Below, piece by piece: positions 42,322 to 53,168 of a stretch of DNA of 64,000 nt. Made by a program: the position numbers and the translations under genes. Source of the DNA: Candidatus Nanopelagicales bacterium (GTDB lineage: Bacteria; Actinomycetota; Actinomycetes; S36-B12); NCBI GenBank assembly GCA_040399625.1, contig JBBARV010000002.1, positions 13,432 to 77,431 of the forward strand, in the 5' to 3' direction. The notes below the pieces were generated by a model, which had not been told where the DNA came from, did not search any database, and saw only the letters and a list, made by a program, of their open reading frames with translations. The first letter of the stretch is position 1; each line of letters begins with the position of its first letter.

Positions 42322-43130
42322 GATCGACCCCGTGAACGACATGAAGGGTGCGCACCTGCGGTCACCAGTTCATGAACGGCTTCCCTTGGATTCCCACCAA
42401 TAACCAGGGATTCCCCAACAAGTACGGCGTCGGCTCCTGCATCGGCATAATTCATGAGGTCATGATGGTCTCGAACCCCGGACTCTGCAATTCGAATACA
42501 TGAGGTGGGGATTCGCTCAACGACACGGCTAAATGTTGATCGATCCACTTCCAGCGTCTTTAGGTTTCGGGCATTGACCCCAATGACCGTAGCGCCGGCG
42601 TCTAAAGCCCGATCAATTTCTAGTTCATCATGGACTTCAACTAGGGCGGTGAGCCCCAAGCTTTGTGTTCGCTCGATGAGGGAAACCAACACTTTTTGTT
42701 CGAGAGCGGCCACGATCAAAAGGACCATGTCGGCTCCATAGGCTTTTGCTTCCCATAACTGGTAACTGCCAATAACGAAATCTTTGCGCAAAACCGGGAT
42801 ATCAACTGCGGCCCGAACTTCGGTTAAGTCAGCCAAACTCCCGCCAAAACGGCGTTCTTCGGTTAGCACACTGATGCAATGTGCTCCGCCCGCTTCATAT
42901 TCCGCGGCAAGTAGCCCAGGGTTGGGAATTTGCGCAAGAACGCCCTTGCTTGGACTGGATCTTTTCACTTCCGCGATCACGCACACATCGGGGCCACTGA
43001 GAATTGCTTTGACATCTTGGGCTTCACGAACCCTGGATGAGCGCTCCTTCAATTGTTCGAGTGAAGTGTGTTGCATCCGGACAGCCAGGTCCTCGCGGAC
43101 ACCGTCGATTATGTCGTCTAAAACTGTCAC
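42318..43130 (-). CDS. trpC: Indole-3-glycerol phosphate synthase
   Basis: [40 protein letters not shown] lies 6 nt before the GTG. Confidence 0.98.
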   Translation of the reverse strand: MTVLDDIIDGVREDLAVRMQHTSLEQLKERSSRVREAQDVKAILSGPDVCVIAEVKRSSPSKGVLAQIPNPGLLAAEYEAGGAHCISVLTEERRFGGSLADLTEVRAAVDIPVLRKDFVIGSYQLWEAKAYGADMVLLIVAALEQKVLVSLIERTQSLGLTALVEVHDELEIDRALDAGATVIGVNARNLKTLEVDRSTFSRVVERIPTSCIRIAESGVRDHHDLMNYADAGADAVLVGESLVIGGNPREAVHELVTAGAHPSCRSRGRS

Positions 43131-43233
43131 GTCCTTAGAGTAGCCGTATCAGATGAATGGGCTTTATTTAGGAGCCCGATCCCCAATCCAAACCAATGAC
43201 AACGAAAGAACTTGGACTGATCGAGCTGTGTGA

Positions 43234-44601
43234 TCACCGGGAACCCCGCTCGGGAATCTCAATGGTGAACCGGGCTCCTCCCTCTGGCGCCGAACCAACG
43301 CTCGCGCTTCCACCCATACCGAGCGCCAGCCGACCCACAAGGGCCAAACCAATTCCCGTTCCCACCGGCCGCACACCCCGATATCGCTCATAAAGTGCCC
43401 CAGGTTCAAAGGCCACCAATTGATCCTCTGGACTCAAACCTGGGCCCGAATCACGCACCTCGATAACCAAGGAGTTGTCTAACTGCTCAATTCGAATTGC
43501 CAAGGTGCTGTGGCTTGGGCTCAAGCGCAGTGCATTTTCAGCCAAATTATCCACGATTTGCCGAAGCCTGAAGGGGTCCCCGATGAATCCTCCGTTGACC
43601 TGGATTTCGCATTCGAGGTTTACCTGTTGCTCATGTGCCCGATAGCCCCAGACTTGCCGGACTTCATTTGCGAATTCAGGTAATTCAATCCTGATTTCGG
43701 AGATGGCAAAATCAACGGCCCCGAGCCTGGCCAGATCTAGTAGGTCACTCACCAATCTATCGAGTCGCGCGGATTCAGATGAAATAAGTCGTGCAGCGTC
43801 TATTGCCTCATCTCCGGCGAGAATGCCATCTGAGATAGCTTCGCTGTACCCCTTTACCGCAGTCAGTGGGGTTCGAAATTCGTGGGAAACGGATAAAAGA
43901 AATTCCCGCTGGCGAGCCTCTGAAGCAATAAGTGCAGAGTCAAGTGCATTTAGTGAAATCGAGATTTCGTCCACTTCTTTGGGTCCCGTGGAAATCAATT
44001 CAACTCCGCGGGATCCGCTAGCCATGGACATTGCGGCTGTACTCGCTCGACGGAGTGGCCTTGCTAAACGCTGCGCGGCAAAAAAACCTAAAGTAATCGC
44101 GATAACTAATCCAAGTGCCAACGCAAGTACAAGCCGCCAAATAATCGCTCCCGCACTCGCTCCAGCAATTGAGATGGGCTGAATCAAAATAACCGAACCA
44201 TCGACACTCAGAGGGCGGCCCTCAAGTAAATATTCACCATCAACTGAAAAAACTCGCCCTGAGATATTTTCGCCATTATTGAGTTGATCAACAAAGGTTT
44301 GTGGAAAGTTAAAAGGCAGGTCACCAAGATTCGGTGAACCTAAAGGAATCAAATAGGCCGAAATTGATTCCCTCTGCAATGTCTTGATTAATCCTTGCCC
44401 GACCCCAGACCCAGAACCCTGCTGATCAATAGCGTTAGCGGTCACATTGGCCAATTGTGAAAGATTTCTCGCACCAACGTCCTGTGAACTCGAAATAACA
44501 AGTGGGTAGGACACAAGCCCTGCAACGACTATTGCGAAAGCGGCAACTGCACTCGTGAGAAGCACCAAAAGTGTGACAATGCTCCATCCGCGCAATTTCA
44601 T
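43234..44601 (-). CDS. HAMP-domain sensor histidine kinase
   Basis: Two TM helices, HAMP, SHEFRTPLT H-box, NLAENA N-box, DSGPG G1, GTGIGL G2. Confidence 0.95.
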   Translation of the reverse strand: MKLRGWSIVTLLVLLTSAVAAFAIVVAGLVSYPLVISSSQDVGARNLSQLANVTANAIDQQGSGSGVGQGLIKTLQRESISAYLIPLGSPNLGDLPFNFPQTFVDQLNNGENISGRVFSVDGEYLLEGRPLSVDGSVILIQPISIAGASAGAIIWRLVLALALGLVIAITLGFFAAQRLARPLRRASTAAMSMASGSRGVELISTGPKEVDEISISLNALDSALIASEARQREFLLSVSHEFRTPLTAVKGYSEAISDGILAGDEAIDAARLISSESARLDRLVSDLLDLARLGAVDFAISEIRIELPEFANEVRQVWGYRAHEQQVNLECEIQVNGGFIGDPFRLRQIVDNLAENALRLSPSHSTLAIRIEQLDNSLVIEVRDSGPGLSPEDQLVAFEPGALYERYRGVRPVGTGIGLALVGRLALGMGGSASVGSAPEGGARFTIEIPERGSR

Positions 44602-45278
44602 TGAGCAATCTCAGGTGATGGGGCTTCCCATGCATAACCAACTCCGCGAACAGTACGAATGGGTGCATCTGCTCCGAGTTTTGTTCGGATTTGCGCAACG
44701 TGCACATCAACAGTTCGAGTTCCGAGACCTTCGGTGTACCCCCAAACATTCTCCAGCAACTCCGAACGCTCGATCACTTGTCCGGAACGAGCCATGAGGT
44801 AGGCCACTAAGTCAAACTCGGTCGCCGTCAGGACTACCGGTTTGCCGTTGTGCGATGCACGCCTAGTTTTGAGGTTTAATTGGACCCCTTCTTCATCGAG
44901 GATTTCACTGACCTGCTGGGCGGAACGGCGAACAATCGCCTTAACTCTTGCCACCAACTCCCGGGGACTAAATGGTTTGGTCACGTAGTCGTCGGCGCCA
45001 AGTTCAAGACCAAGCACCCGATCGACTTCGTCGTCTCGCGCGGTACAGAAAACGATTGGTGTCCAATTATTTTCGGCTCGAAGTTGTCGGCAAATTTGGG
45101 TCCCATCTAATTTGGGTAACCCCACATCAAGAATTATTAGATCAAAATTTTCACTTTGTGCTGCGGCCAGACCTGATTCACCATCAAAACACGCCTGCAC
45201 CTCACAACCTTCACGCTTGAGGTACACCCCAATGAGGTCTGAAATCGGCCGTTCATCTTCGACCACGAGAACTTTCAT
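44598..45278 (-). CDS. OmpR/PhoB-family response regulator
   Basis: VVEDE, ILDVGLP phospho-Asp, GADDYVTKPF, winged helix RTVDVHV...TVRGVGY. Confidence 0.96.
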   Translation of the reverse strand: MKVLVVEDERPISDLIGVYLKREGCEVQACFDGESGLAAAQSENFDLIILDVGLPKLDGTQICRQLRAENNWTPIVFCTARDDEVDRVLGLELGADDYVTKPFSPRELVARVKAIVRRSAQQVSEILDEEGVQLNLKTRRASHNGKPVVLTATEFDLVAYLMARSGQVIERSELLENVWGYTEGLGTRTVDVHVAQIRTKLGADAPIRTVRGVGYAWEAPSPEIAQ

Positions 45279-45303
45279 GTGGCCACCATGTGATGAGTCG
45301 AAT

Positions 45304-45513
45304 TTACGCGTTTACGGTTTTCTTGCCCAGACCCATCATGGCCATGACCTTGCCCACAACACCGCCCAGGAATACCATCGCGACCCCGACCCAAAAGAGT
45401 GGCCAATTCCCCAAAATCAGTGCCAGGGTTGCCACGACGAATGCCAGGACAATGATGAAAACAGTGGTCCAAGCAGCTGGGGTGGATCCATGGTCCTCGT
45501 GATGTTCAGTCAT
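45304..45513 (-). CDS. HGxxPAAW-family small membrane protein
   Basis: HGSTPAAW motif, two TM helices, usual position in the actinobacterial trp cluster. Confidence 0.9.
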   Translation of the reverse strand: MTEHHEDHGSTPAAWTTVFIIVLAFVVATLALILGNWPLFWVGVAMVFLGGVVGKVMAMMGLGKKTVNA

Positions 45514-45521
45514 GGTTGTAT

Positions 45522-46022
45522 TTAATCATGTGATCGTGGCTTGTCGGGATCTGACTCGAGAGTTGGGTCGACACCAGAATCAAGCAATGTCCACGCATCT
45601 TGCTCATGCGGTGCTGAACGCGAATATCTTCCACTCAAAGTCGGCCAATTCTTGGAACTGAACACAATGAAAAGATTCGTGATCACCAATCCCAAACTGA
45701 GCGCTATCGCAAAAACCCACAGTGCATTAAGACCATCTTTGTCGAGGATGATTATGGAATAAACGCCTGCCGCAGCAACGACCGCGCCCAGAGTTCCTAA
45801 TATTCTTCGACCCCATGTTCGGGTTGCTAAGACGCCAATCACCACGGCCAAGGAAACCGCCCAAACGGCAAAAATAAATGAGTCGAGATCTGATCCAACA
45901 AGATCCTGCGAAACCAACTCACTTTGGATCGTTCCCCAGATAAGCCCCCCAACCCACAAGAGAGACCCGGCCAGGATCGACTGGAGAGCTATTGTGAATA
46001 GGTATTTCCGCCCTGGCGACAT
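45522..46022 (-). CDS. Trp-biosynthesis-associated membrane protein
   Basis: Four TM helices, WPTLSGRY and W..LDSGVDPT C-terminal motifs; follows trpE. Confidence 0.85.
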   Translation of the reverse strand: MSPGRKYLFTIALQSILAGSLLWVGGLIWGTIQSELVSQDLVGSDLDSFIFAVWAVSLAVVIGVLATRTWGRRILGTLGAVVAAAGVYSIIILDKDGLNALWVFAIALSLGLVITNLFIVFSSKNWPTLSGRYSRSAPHEQDAWTLLDSGVDPTLESDPDKPRSHD

Positions 46023-46039
46023 TTCACCTGCACTTTCGA

Positions 46040-47584
46040 TTACTGTTCAAGTTGCTCAGCCAATGCAACGGCACGAATAATAGCCATTGCCTTGTTAACG
46101 CATTCATCATTTTCACTTTCGGGAACTGAATCTGCCACGATACCTCCACCAGCTTGGATGTGCGCGATTCCATCTTTTAAAAGGGCAGTTCGAATGGCGA
46201 TTGCCATGTCCATATTCCCCGCGAAATCAAAGTATCCGATGCAACCACCGTAAAGCCCACGCTTTTCTGATTCCATTTCCTCGATGATTTGCATTGCGCG
46301 TGGCTTCGGTGCACCCGAAAGTGTGCCTGCGGGAAAAGTTGCCCTGAGCGCAGTGAACGCGTCTTCATCTACTTTAAGTTCACCCGTCACGGTCGACACT
46401 AAGTGCATGACGTGCGAGTAACGTTCAACGTGCATGAAGTCAATCACATTGATGCTGCCCGGAGTACAGACTCGACCCAGATCATTGCGTGCAAGGTCAA
46501 CCAGCATGAGATGCTCGGCGCGTTCTTTCTTGTCGTCAAGTAAATCCTGTGCCAATAGCCGATCACGCTCAGGATCGGTGCTCCTCCAGCGAGTTCCCGC
46601 GATCGGATGCACGACCGCATTGCGTTCACGTACGGTGACCAATGCCTCCGGCGATGACCCGATAATTTCAAAAGCCACGCGATTGAAATCGTTTGGGTCA
46701 GGAACCCTAACCAGATACATGTATGGACTTGGGTTGGTTGATCTCAGGATCCGATAAATACTCAACGCACTTGCCTGCGTTGGGACACTAAACCGCTGGG
46801 AAAGAACAACTTGGAAGGCGTCGCCCGCGCGAATATATTCCTTGATCGTGTCAATGTTCTTTAAATAAGTCTCCTCGCTTGTTACCCGCGGTGGTAAAAT
46901 CAAGTCAGCTTCTAAGGTGGGTGTGGCCTGGGCTCCGCTCGGCAAAATATGAGTTATTGAATCCTGCATTTGGTCAAGACGCGCAATTGACGTTTCATAC
47001 GCTTGCTCGACACGCTCAGGTGAATTGTCAAAATTTATTGCATTAGCAATTAATGTCACCGTGCTCTCAAGGTGATCTACTACCGCGATATCAGAGGCAA
47101 GCAAGAAACTGAGATCCGGGATTTTCAAAGAATCGCTGGTGGATTCCCCAATTTCCTCCCAGTTGCGCACAATGTCGTAGGCCATGTATCCGACCAGGCC
47201 GCCGGTGAAGGGGAAGTCTCCGGTCTCGGAGAGTTTTGACTTCTGCGTATGTAATTGGGCGAGGGTTGCCTCAAGCACGTCAAGGGCTAATCCACTTTCG
47301 GGTAGGCCAGCAGGAACTCGTCCGCTCCACACCGCTTTACCCTGCGATTCTGAGAGCATCGCGGCACTATTAACCCCGATAAATGAATAACGGGACCATT
47401 GCACTCCGGCTTCCGCTGACTCCAGCAAAAACGTACCCGCCCGTTCCCCACACAGCGCGTGAAAAAGGCCAATCGCACTGACATGGTCGACGAGGAGCGT
47501 TCGAGAAACTGCCACGACTCTTTGCACACGTGCCAACTCCTGGAACGTGGCAAAGTCGGGGGTGTTCGAATTTTTCTTGTTCAC
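46040..47584 (-). CDS. trpE: Anthranilate synthase component I
   Basis: FLLESAE, NPSPYMY, GSSPE, EHLMLVDLARND, FPAGTLSGAPK. Confidence 0.97.
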   Translation of the reverse strand: MNKKNSNTPDFATFQELARVQRVVAVSRTLLVDHVSAIGLFHALCGERAGTFLLESAEAGVQWSRYSFIGVNSAAMLSESQGKAVWSGRVPAGLPESGLALDVLEATLAQLHTQKSKLSETGDFPFTGGLVGYMAYDIVRNWEEIGESTSDSLKIPDLSFLLASDIAVVDHLESTVTLIANAINFDNSPERVEQAYETSIARLDQMQDSITHILPSGAQATPTLEADLILPPRVTSEETYLKNIDTIKEYIRAGDAFQVVLSQRFSVPTQASALSIYRILRSTNPSPYMYLVRVPDPNDFNRVAFEIIGSSPEALVTVRERNAVVHPIAGTRWRSTDPERDRLLAQDLLDDKKERAEHLMLVDLARNDLGRVCTPGSINVIDFMHVERYSHVMHLVSTVTGELKVDEDAFTALRATFPAGTLSGAPKPRAMQIIEEMESEKRGLYGGCIGYFDFAGNMDMAIAIRTALLKDGIAHIQAGGGIVADSVPESENDECVNKAMAIIRAVALAEQLEQ

Positions 47585-47919
47585 TTGTCAATTCCTTGAT
47601 CAAAAAAACAGGTGCGGTTACCAGTGTGACAAGCCGATCCGTTTTGATCAACAATCATGAGAAGTGTGTCCCCGTCACAATCTGCTCGCAAGCTCCGCAC
47701 CGATTGGCTATTTCCTGACTCTTCACCCTTTACCCAAATCTTATTTCGACTGCGCGAAAAATACGTTCCCAAACCGGTGTCAATGGTTAACTGCACCGCA
47801 TCAGCATTCATCCAAGCCATCATGAGCACTTCTTTGCTCACCGAATCCTGGGTAATCACGGGCACGAGGCCATTTTCATTGAATCTAATTCGGGAAATGA
47901 ACTCACTGGCTTCGTTCAT
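47581..47919 (-). CDS. hisI: Phosphoribosyl-AMP cyclohydrolase
   Basis: [27 protein letters not shown]. Confidence 0.97.
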   Translation of the reverse strand: MNEASEFISRIRFNENGLVPVITQDSVSKEVLMMAWMNADAVQLTIDTGLGTYFSRSRNKIWVKGEESGNSQSVRSLRADCDGDTLLMIVDQNGSACHTGNRTCFFDQGIDK

Positions 47920-48698
47920 GACACCAACCTAGTTGGTTCACGAACTGGTATGGAATCAGCCTTCAATGCACTTTTCACCTGAGCGATGGATACTTCACCA
48001 AAATGAAAAATGCTGGCAGCCAAAACAGCTTGTGCGCCCGCATTTATTGCCGCGGCAAAATCACTGGGAACACCTGCACCCCCGCTGGCAATGATCGGAA
48101 TATTCACTGCCGCACGAACCGCTTTAATGAGTTCCAGGTCAAATCCAGCCTTCGTGCCGTCAGCATCCATTGAGTTGAGTAATATTTCACCCACGCCGAA
48201 CTCCGCCGCACTCTTCGCCCACTGCACGGCATCGAGGCCGGCAGATTCTCTGCCTCCGTGCGTGGTCACTCCAAAGCCACTTGGCTGACCAGATACTCGA
48301 CGTGCATCCAGTGAAAGCACGATGCATTGGGAGCCAAACCGCTGTGCAGCTTCACGCAAAAGTTCCGGACGGGCAATCGCCGCGGTGTTAATAGAGACTT
48401 TGTCAGCACCGGCTCGCAAAAGGGCGTCAATATCTTCGATACTTCGGATTCCTCCGCCCACCGTTACCGGAATGAAAACTTGGTCGGCGCTACGACGGAC
48501 TAATTCAAGTGTCGTCTCGCGATCTGAACTCGACGCGGTTATGTCGAGAAAAACAAGTTCATCAATTCCGGCCGCCCCGTACAAGGACGCCAATTCAATT
48601 GGGTCACCCGCATCAACGAGATCAACAAAATTCACACCTTTAACAACCCTGCCGCCATCAACATCAAGGCATGCAATTACTCGGGCAGCGAGTGTCAC
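47916..48698 (-). CDS. hisF: Imidazole glycerol phosphate synthase, cyclase subunit
   Basis: RVIACLDV...[28 protein letters not shown] overlap with hisA. Confidence 0.98.
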   Translation of the reverse strand: MTLAARVIACLDVDGGRVVKGVNFVDLVDAGDPIELASLYGAAGIDELVFLDITASSSDRETTLELVRRSADQVFIPVTVGGGIRSIEDIDALLRAGADKVSINTAAIARPELLREAAQRFGSQCIVLSLDARRVSGQPSGFGVTTHGGRESAGLDAVQWAKSAAEFGVGEILLNSMDADGTKAGFDLELIKAVRAAVNIPIIASGGAGVPSDFAAAINAGAQAVLAASIFHFGEVSIAQVKSALKADSIPVREPTRLVS

Positions 48699-49453
48699 GG
48701 CTGCGGCGGTCCCCACTGGTAAGGGTCGTAGCGACCTTCAACGGCCACGAGTGCCTCGGGGAGACTGAAAGCCTGCTCATAGAGCGCCTTCCCAACAATT
48801 GCGCCCTCGATTCCTTTCATTTCGGCAAGTTTGTGGAGGTCCTCCAACTTGTGGATTCCACCCGATGCGATTACGCGGGCGCGGGTTGCCTCTGTGACCT
48901 GCTTCAAGAGGTGAAAATTGGGTCCGTGCATCATTCCGTCCTTTTCGACATCGGTGACCACGTATCGGGTGCACCCGGCTGCGTCGAGGCGGCCGATTGT
49001 TTCCCACAGATCTCCACCCTCTGTTGTCCAGCCACGGGCCGCCAGCGTGTGCCCCTTCACATCAAGGCCTACGGCTATGCGCTCACCGTATTCCGCTATA
49101 ACGGCTTCGGTCCAATCAGGATCTTCCATCGCCGCGGTTCCCAGATTCACTCGCGCGCAACCGGTTGCAAGGGCCGCCTTCAAGCTTTCATCGCTTCTGA
49201 TTCCGCCCGAAAGCTCAACTTTGACTTCACCACCGATTCTCTCAACAACGTGGGAAATGAGGGTTGAGTTGTTTCCGGTTCCGAATGCAGCATCAAGATC
49301 AACTAAATGGATCCACTCAGCACCCTGATTCACCCATGTTTGGGCAGCATCAAGGGGTGATCCGTAAACGGTTTCGCTTCCCGCCTTTCCTTGAACCAAG
49401 CGGACGGCCTTGCCATCTTTGACGTCGACGGCGGGTAAAAGTGTGAATTTCAT
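48695..49453 (-). CDS. hisA: Phosphoribosyl isomerase A (HisA, probably bifunctional HisA/TrpF)
   Basis: [30 protein letters not shown] loop typical of actinobacterial PriA; no trpF in the trp cluster. Confidence 0.95.
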   Translation of the reverse strand: MKFTLLPAVDVKDGKAVRLVQGKAGSETVYGSPLDAAQTWVNQGAEWIHLVDLDAAFGTGNNSTLISHVVERIGGEVKVELSGGIRSDESLKAALATGCARVNLGTAAMEDPDWTEAVIAEYGERIAVGLDVKGHTLAARGWTTEGGDLWETIGRLDAAGCTRYVVTDVEKDGMMHGPNFHLLKQVTEATRARVIASGGIHKLEDLHKLAEMKGIEGAIVGKALYEQAFSLPEALVAVEGRYDPYQWGPPQP

Positions 49454-49459
49454 GGGTGC

Positions 49460-49465
49460 AGTCTA
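49460..49465 (-). promoter_or_regulatory. Putative internal -10 element (TAGACT) for leaderless hisA/priA
   Basis: TAGACT uses the hisH TAG stop and lies 6 nt before the hisA ATG; no SD present. Confidence 0.5.
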
Positions 49466-50098
49466 GGTGAGGGTGTCGACCCAGTTGTTGATCAGCGTGA
49501 GTCCCGCTTCGCCACTCTTCTCTGGGTGAAATTGGACCGCCGAAAGTGGGCCATTTTCCACGGCAGCAACAAAGGGTGCCCCGTAATCACTCCAGGTGAC
49601 GATTGGCGGGTGTTGAAACGGATCGGTGTCACTCATGGTCCACTCTTGAACTGCATATGAGTGCACAAAATAAAACATTTCGGACTCAACCCCAGCGAAC
49701 AAGGACGACGAAGCTGGCGGTGCAACATTGTTCCACCCCATGTGCGGGACGATCGGGGCAACTAAGTGATCAACGGTGCCCGGCCATTGACCAAGCCCCT
49801 GGGTCGTGACTCCGTGCTCGATTCCCTGTTCAAACATTATTTGCATGCCGACGCAGATACCCAAGACCGGGCGTCTGGCCACCATCCGCGCGTCAACGAG
49901 TGCGCTACCCCTCACCTTGTCGATTCCAGCCATGCAGGCTGCGAATGCACCCACCCCCGGAATAATTAGACCGTCCGCATTCAGACAGGTGTCAAAATCA
50001 GAACTCAAAATTGCGGTTGCTCCAACATGCTCGGCCGCGCGGAGCGCCGAACGAACATTTCCGAAGCCATAGTCGAGAACTGCAACAGAGGGTGACAT
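49463..50098 (-). CDS. hisH: Imidazole glycerol phosphate synthase, glutaminase subunit
   Basis: DYGFGN, PGVGAF, GICVGMQ, PHMGWN, QFHPEKS. Confidence 0.98.
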   Translation of the reverse strand: MSPSVAVLDYGFGNVRSALRAAEHVGATAILSSDFDTCLNADGLIIPGVGAFAACMAGIDKVRGSALVDARMVARRPVLGICVGMQIMFEQGIEHGVTTQGLGQWPGTVDHLVAPIVPHMGWNNVAPPASSSLFAGVESEMFYFVHSYAVQEWTMSDTDPFQHPPIVTWSDYGAPFVAAVENGPLSAVQFHPEKSGEAGLTLINNWVDTLT

Positions 50099-50112
50099 GA
50101 ATTATCTTTTAC

Positions 50113-50712
50113 TTACTGCGAAGCAGTCAGTGTGCCTTTAGTTGAAGGAACTCCCACTACGCGTGGGTCTTTAGCCACCGCGGTACGCAATGAACGGGCG
50201 ACACTTTTGAATTGCGCTTCAACAACATGGTGGGCATTTCGGCCCGAAAGCACATTGACATGCAGGGTGATTTGCGATGTAGCAACAATTGATTCCCAGA
50301 TGTGGCGAGTCAAAGTTGTGTCGTAGGTCCCAATGAGTTCGACCAATTCGGGTTCTGTATGCACCAGATATGGACGACCAGAAAGGTCAACCGCACTCTG
50401 CACCAAGCATTCATCCAGTGGAACAAGGGCGTCGCCGTATCGATTTAATCCAGCTCGATCTCCCAATGCCTGATTCATTGCCTGCCCAAGTGCCAAACTT
50501 GTATCTTCGACTGTGTGGTGTGCATCAACGTGCAGATCACCCCGAGAATTCACCACTAAATCAAATCCACCGTGTTTTGCTAACTGCGCAAGCATGTGGT
50601 CAAAAAATGGCACACCCGTCTCAATGGTGCTTTGCCCTGTTCCATCGAGGGAGAGCTCAACGAGCACACTACTTTCCTTAGTCTCGCGTTCGATCCGTGC
50701 CATTCTGGTCAT
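50113..50712 (-). CDS. hisB: Imidazoleglycerol-phosphate dehydratase
   Basis: FFDHML, DAHHTVED, NAHHVVEA, PSTKG. Confidence 0.98.
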   Translation of the reverse strand: MTRMARIERETKESSVLVELSLDGTGQSTIETGVPFFDHMLAQLAKHGGFDLVVNSRGDLHVDAHHTVEDTSLALGQAMNQALGDRAGLNRYGDALVPLDECLVQSAVDLSGRPYLVHTEPELVELIGTYDTTLTRHIWESIVATSQITLHVNVLSGRNAHHVVEAQFKSVARSLRTAVAKDPRVVGVPSTKGTLTASQ

Positions 50713-50728
50713 GTAGTTCCTCCTGTGC

Positions 50729-51823
50729 TCAGACTAACGTTTTCAAACAATTTAGAAATAACTCGTTCTCACTAGCGGTTCCGATGCTCACCCGAAGCCA
50801 CTCTGCAGGACCCGTTTCTCGGATTAGGATTCCGTGCTCAAAGAGTCCTTCCCAAATCGCGTGTCGGTCAGTGAACTCACCAAAAAACAGAAAGTTTGCA
50901 TCACTGTGGGCTACGCGAAGGCCCATTCCGGCAAGTTCAGCCGCCATCTGATTTCGCGCCTCAGTGATTTGTGCGACCCGATCAAGTGACTCATGTGCAA
51001 AACTCAATGCAGCAATCGCGGCCGCCTGTGAAATGGCTGATAGGTGATACGGCAAACGCACCAATTGAAGTGCTTTAACAATCTCACTGGTACTCGTGGC
51101 GCAGTATCCGAGGCGACCGCCCGCATAGCCAAATGCTTTGCTCATAGTTCGAGAGACAACCATGTTGGGATATAAATCAAGCAAGGTCAGGGCAGTTGCC
51201 CCTTTATCGCTACGGAATTCTGCATACGCTTCATCGACGATAACTAGTGCTCCGTTTGCTTGAGCAACTTTCGCAATTTCCTCGATTTCAGCCAACGTGA
51301 TTGATGTCCCGGTCGGATTATTCGGTGAAGTGAGAATTACCAGATTGGGCCGGTGCTCAGCAATGGCCTCGATTGCTGTCCCAAGGTCAATGGTGAAATC
51401 AGTTCGTCGTGGAATCGACACCATTTTGGTGAAGGAATCACGGGCGTATTCCGGGTACATCGAATATGTAGGGTCAAATGTCAATGCTTGCGTGCCGGGT
51501 CCGCCAAATGCGCCAAATAACTGCGCCATAATTTCATTTGAACCATTGGCTGCCCAGATTCGCTCAACATTGACCTTTACCCCGGATTCGACATCCAAGT
51601 AAATCGCCAACGCTGCACGTAGGTCCACCGCGTCGCGGTCCGGATATCTGTTAATGCCGCGCGCTGCAACAGCGACAGCTTGTGAAATTGCCGCAACCAC
51701 CTCCTCACTTGGCGGATATGGATTCTCATTGACATTGAGCCGAACGGGCACGTGATCATCGGGTGCGCCATAAGGTCTCTGGCCAACGAGATCTTGGCGC
51801 AAAGGTAGTACAAATCCGCTCAC
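50729..51823 (-). CDS. hisC: Histidinol-phosphate aminotransferase
   Basis: [32 protein letters not shown]. Confidence 0.97.
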   Translation of the reverse strand: MSGFVLPLRQDLVGQRPYGAPDDHVPVRLNVNENPYPPSEEVVAAISQAVAVAARGINRYPDRDAVDLRAALAIYLDVESGVKVNVERIWAANGSNEIMAQLFGAFGGPGTQALTFDPTYSMYPEYARDSFTKMVSIPRRTDFTIDLGTAIEAIAEHRPNLVILTSPNNPTGTSITLAEIEEIAKVAQANGALVIVDEAYAEFRSDKGATALTLLDLYPNMVVSRTMSKAFGYAGGRLGYCATSTSEIVKALQLVRLPYHLSAISQAAAIAALSFAHESLDRVAQITEARNQMAAELAGMGLRVAHSDANFLFFGEFTDRHAIWEGLFEHGILIRETGPAEWLRVSIGTASENELFLNCLKTLV

Positions 51824-53145
51824 TGTTGGATCCGAACGGAGATCGCCTGCCCGTGCGCCGGCAAGTCCTCCGCGCTCGAAAGCGCCAGAACATGGGGGGC
51901 TACTTCGACCAAGGCTTGCCGTGAATACTCGATAATGTGAATGCCCCGCAGAAAAGTCTGAACCGATAAACCTGAGGCGTGTTTCGCCGATCCAGCTGTC
52001 GGTAAAACATGGTTGGACCCGGCGCAGTAGTCACCCAATGAGACCGGGGCGTAGGTGCCCACAAAAATTGCACCCGCATGTTTGACCCTGCGGGCAACTT
52101 CTCGGGCATTCTCGACATGAATTTCCAGATGCTCAGCGGCGTAGGCATCAACGACGGCCAAACCCTGTTCAAGATCGGCGACCAAGACAATTGCACTTTG
52201 CACTCCACGAAGTGCGGTCTCAATACGCTCCGAGTGCTTGGTCATGGGAACCTGCTGCGCAAGGGATCGCTCAACCGCGTTGGCCAGTTCCTCACTGTCC
52301 GTCACTAACACCGCGGAGGCAAGTTCATCATGTTCCGCCTGGCTGATTAGATCTGCAGCAACATGAGCGGGGTCAGCGCTGTTATCGGCCAAAATCATGA
52401 TTTCAGTGGGTCCGGCCTCAGAGTCAATTCCGATGATTCCCTGTAGAGCGCGCTTGGCCGCTGCCACGTAGATATTTCCAGGACCCGTCACCAAATCAAC
52501 CGGTCGGCACGCACCCTCAGGCAGTTCTACTCCATAGGCCAGCATGGCAATAGCTTGTGCGCCGCCGACGGCATAAACTTCGTCGATTCCTAAAAGATGA
52601 GCTGCAGCCATAATGACCGGGTGCGGCCAACCGCCCCAGTCTTTCTGCGGTGGTGAAACAACAGCAATCGAGCCAACCCCCGCGATTTGGGCTGGTACGA
52701 CATTCATAACGACACTACTGGGGTACACGGCCTGACCACCGGGGACATAAAGTCCCACTCGATCAACGGGAATCCAGCGCTCGGTGACCGTCCCACCCTC
52801 GACCACTTCAGTGACAGTTTCACCGCGAACCTGGTCCGAGTGCACAATTCTGGCTCGACGAATGGACTCGAGTAAGGCCGCCCGCACAAACGGATCAAGA
52901 TTTGCAGCAGCATTTTCCAACTCGGCCACCGGGACTCGCAATGAGGGCGGCGTGGTGCCATCAAGGGTTTGAGACCACCGAGCAACAGCTTCCGCACCAT
53001 TTTCATGGACGTCTTGCAAGATCGGAGCAATTATCTTTCCAGCATCTTCAACATTGATGGCGGCTCGAGGCACCATATTCGTTACGGAGTTCGTCACGGA
53101 ATCGACAACAAAAGCACGGTCCCGAAGATCGATGAGCCGGATCAT
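51820..53145 (-). CDS. hisD: Histidinol dehydrogenase
   Basis: [43 protein letters not shown]. Start set at ATG 53145 because the upstream extension overlaps the divergent gene. Confidence 0.97.
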   Translation of the reverse strand: MIRLIDLRDRAFVVDSVTNSVTNMVPRAAINVEDAGKIIAPILQDVHENGAEAVARWSQTLDGTTPPSLRVPVAELENAAANLDPFVRAALLESIRRARIVHSDQVRGETVTEVVEGGTVTERWIPVDRVGLYVPGGQAVYPSSVVMNVVPAQIAGVGSIAVVSPPQKDWGGWPHPVIMAAAHLLGIDEVYAVGGAQAIAMLAYGVELPEGACRPVDLVTGPGNIYVAAAKRALQGIIGIDSEAGPTEIMILADNSADPAHVAADLISQAEHDELASAVLVTDSEELANAVERSLAQQVPMTKHSERIETALRGVQSAIVLVADLEQGLAVVDAYAAEHLEIHVENAREVARRVKHAGAIFVGTYAPVSLGDYCAGSNHVLPTAGSAKHASGLSVQTFLRGIHIIEYSRQALVEVAPHVLALSSAEDLPAHGQAISVRIQQ

Positions 53146-53168
53146 GTAGAGCAGTTTAGTCTGTGGTG
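53146..53168. promoter_or_regulatory. Putative bidirectional promoter with overlapping -10 elements
   Basis: Minus TAAACT (53158-53153) lies 7 nt before the hisD ATG. Plus TAGTCT (53157-53162) lies 6 nt before GTG 53169. The two hexamers share the TA dinucleotide. Confidence 0.6.

Noticed and set aside
43159-43177. GGGCT/AGCCC hairpin after the histidine kinase as a terminator
   Set aside because: Only a 5-bp stem with no real U-tract; too weak to call.
48671-49267. 198-aa plus-strand ORF
   Set aside because: Almost entirely antisense to hisA; no motif or RBS support.
53077-53100. Imperfect 12-bp tandem duplication (SVTN-SVTN) near the HisD N-terminus
   Set aside because: In frame, in a variable region, with no evident functional consequence.
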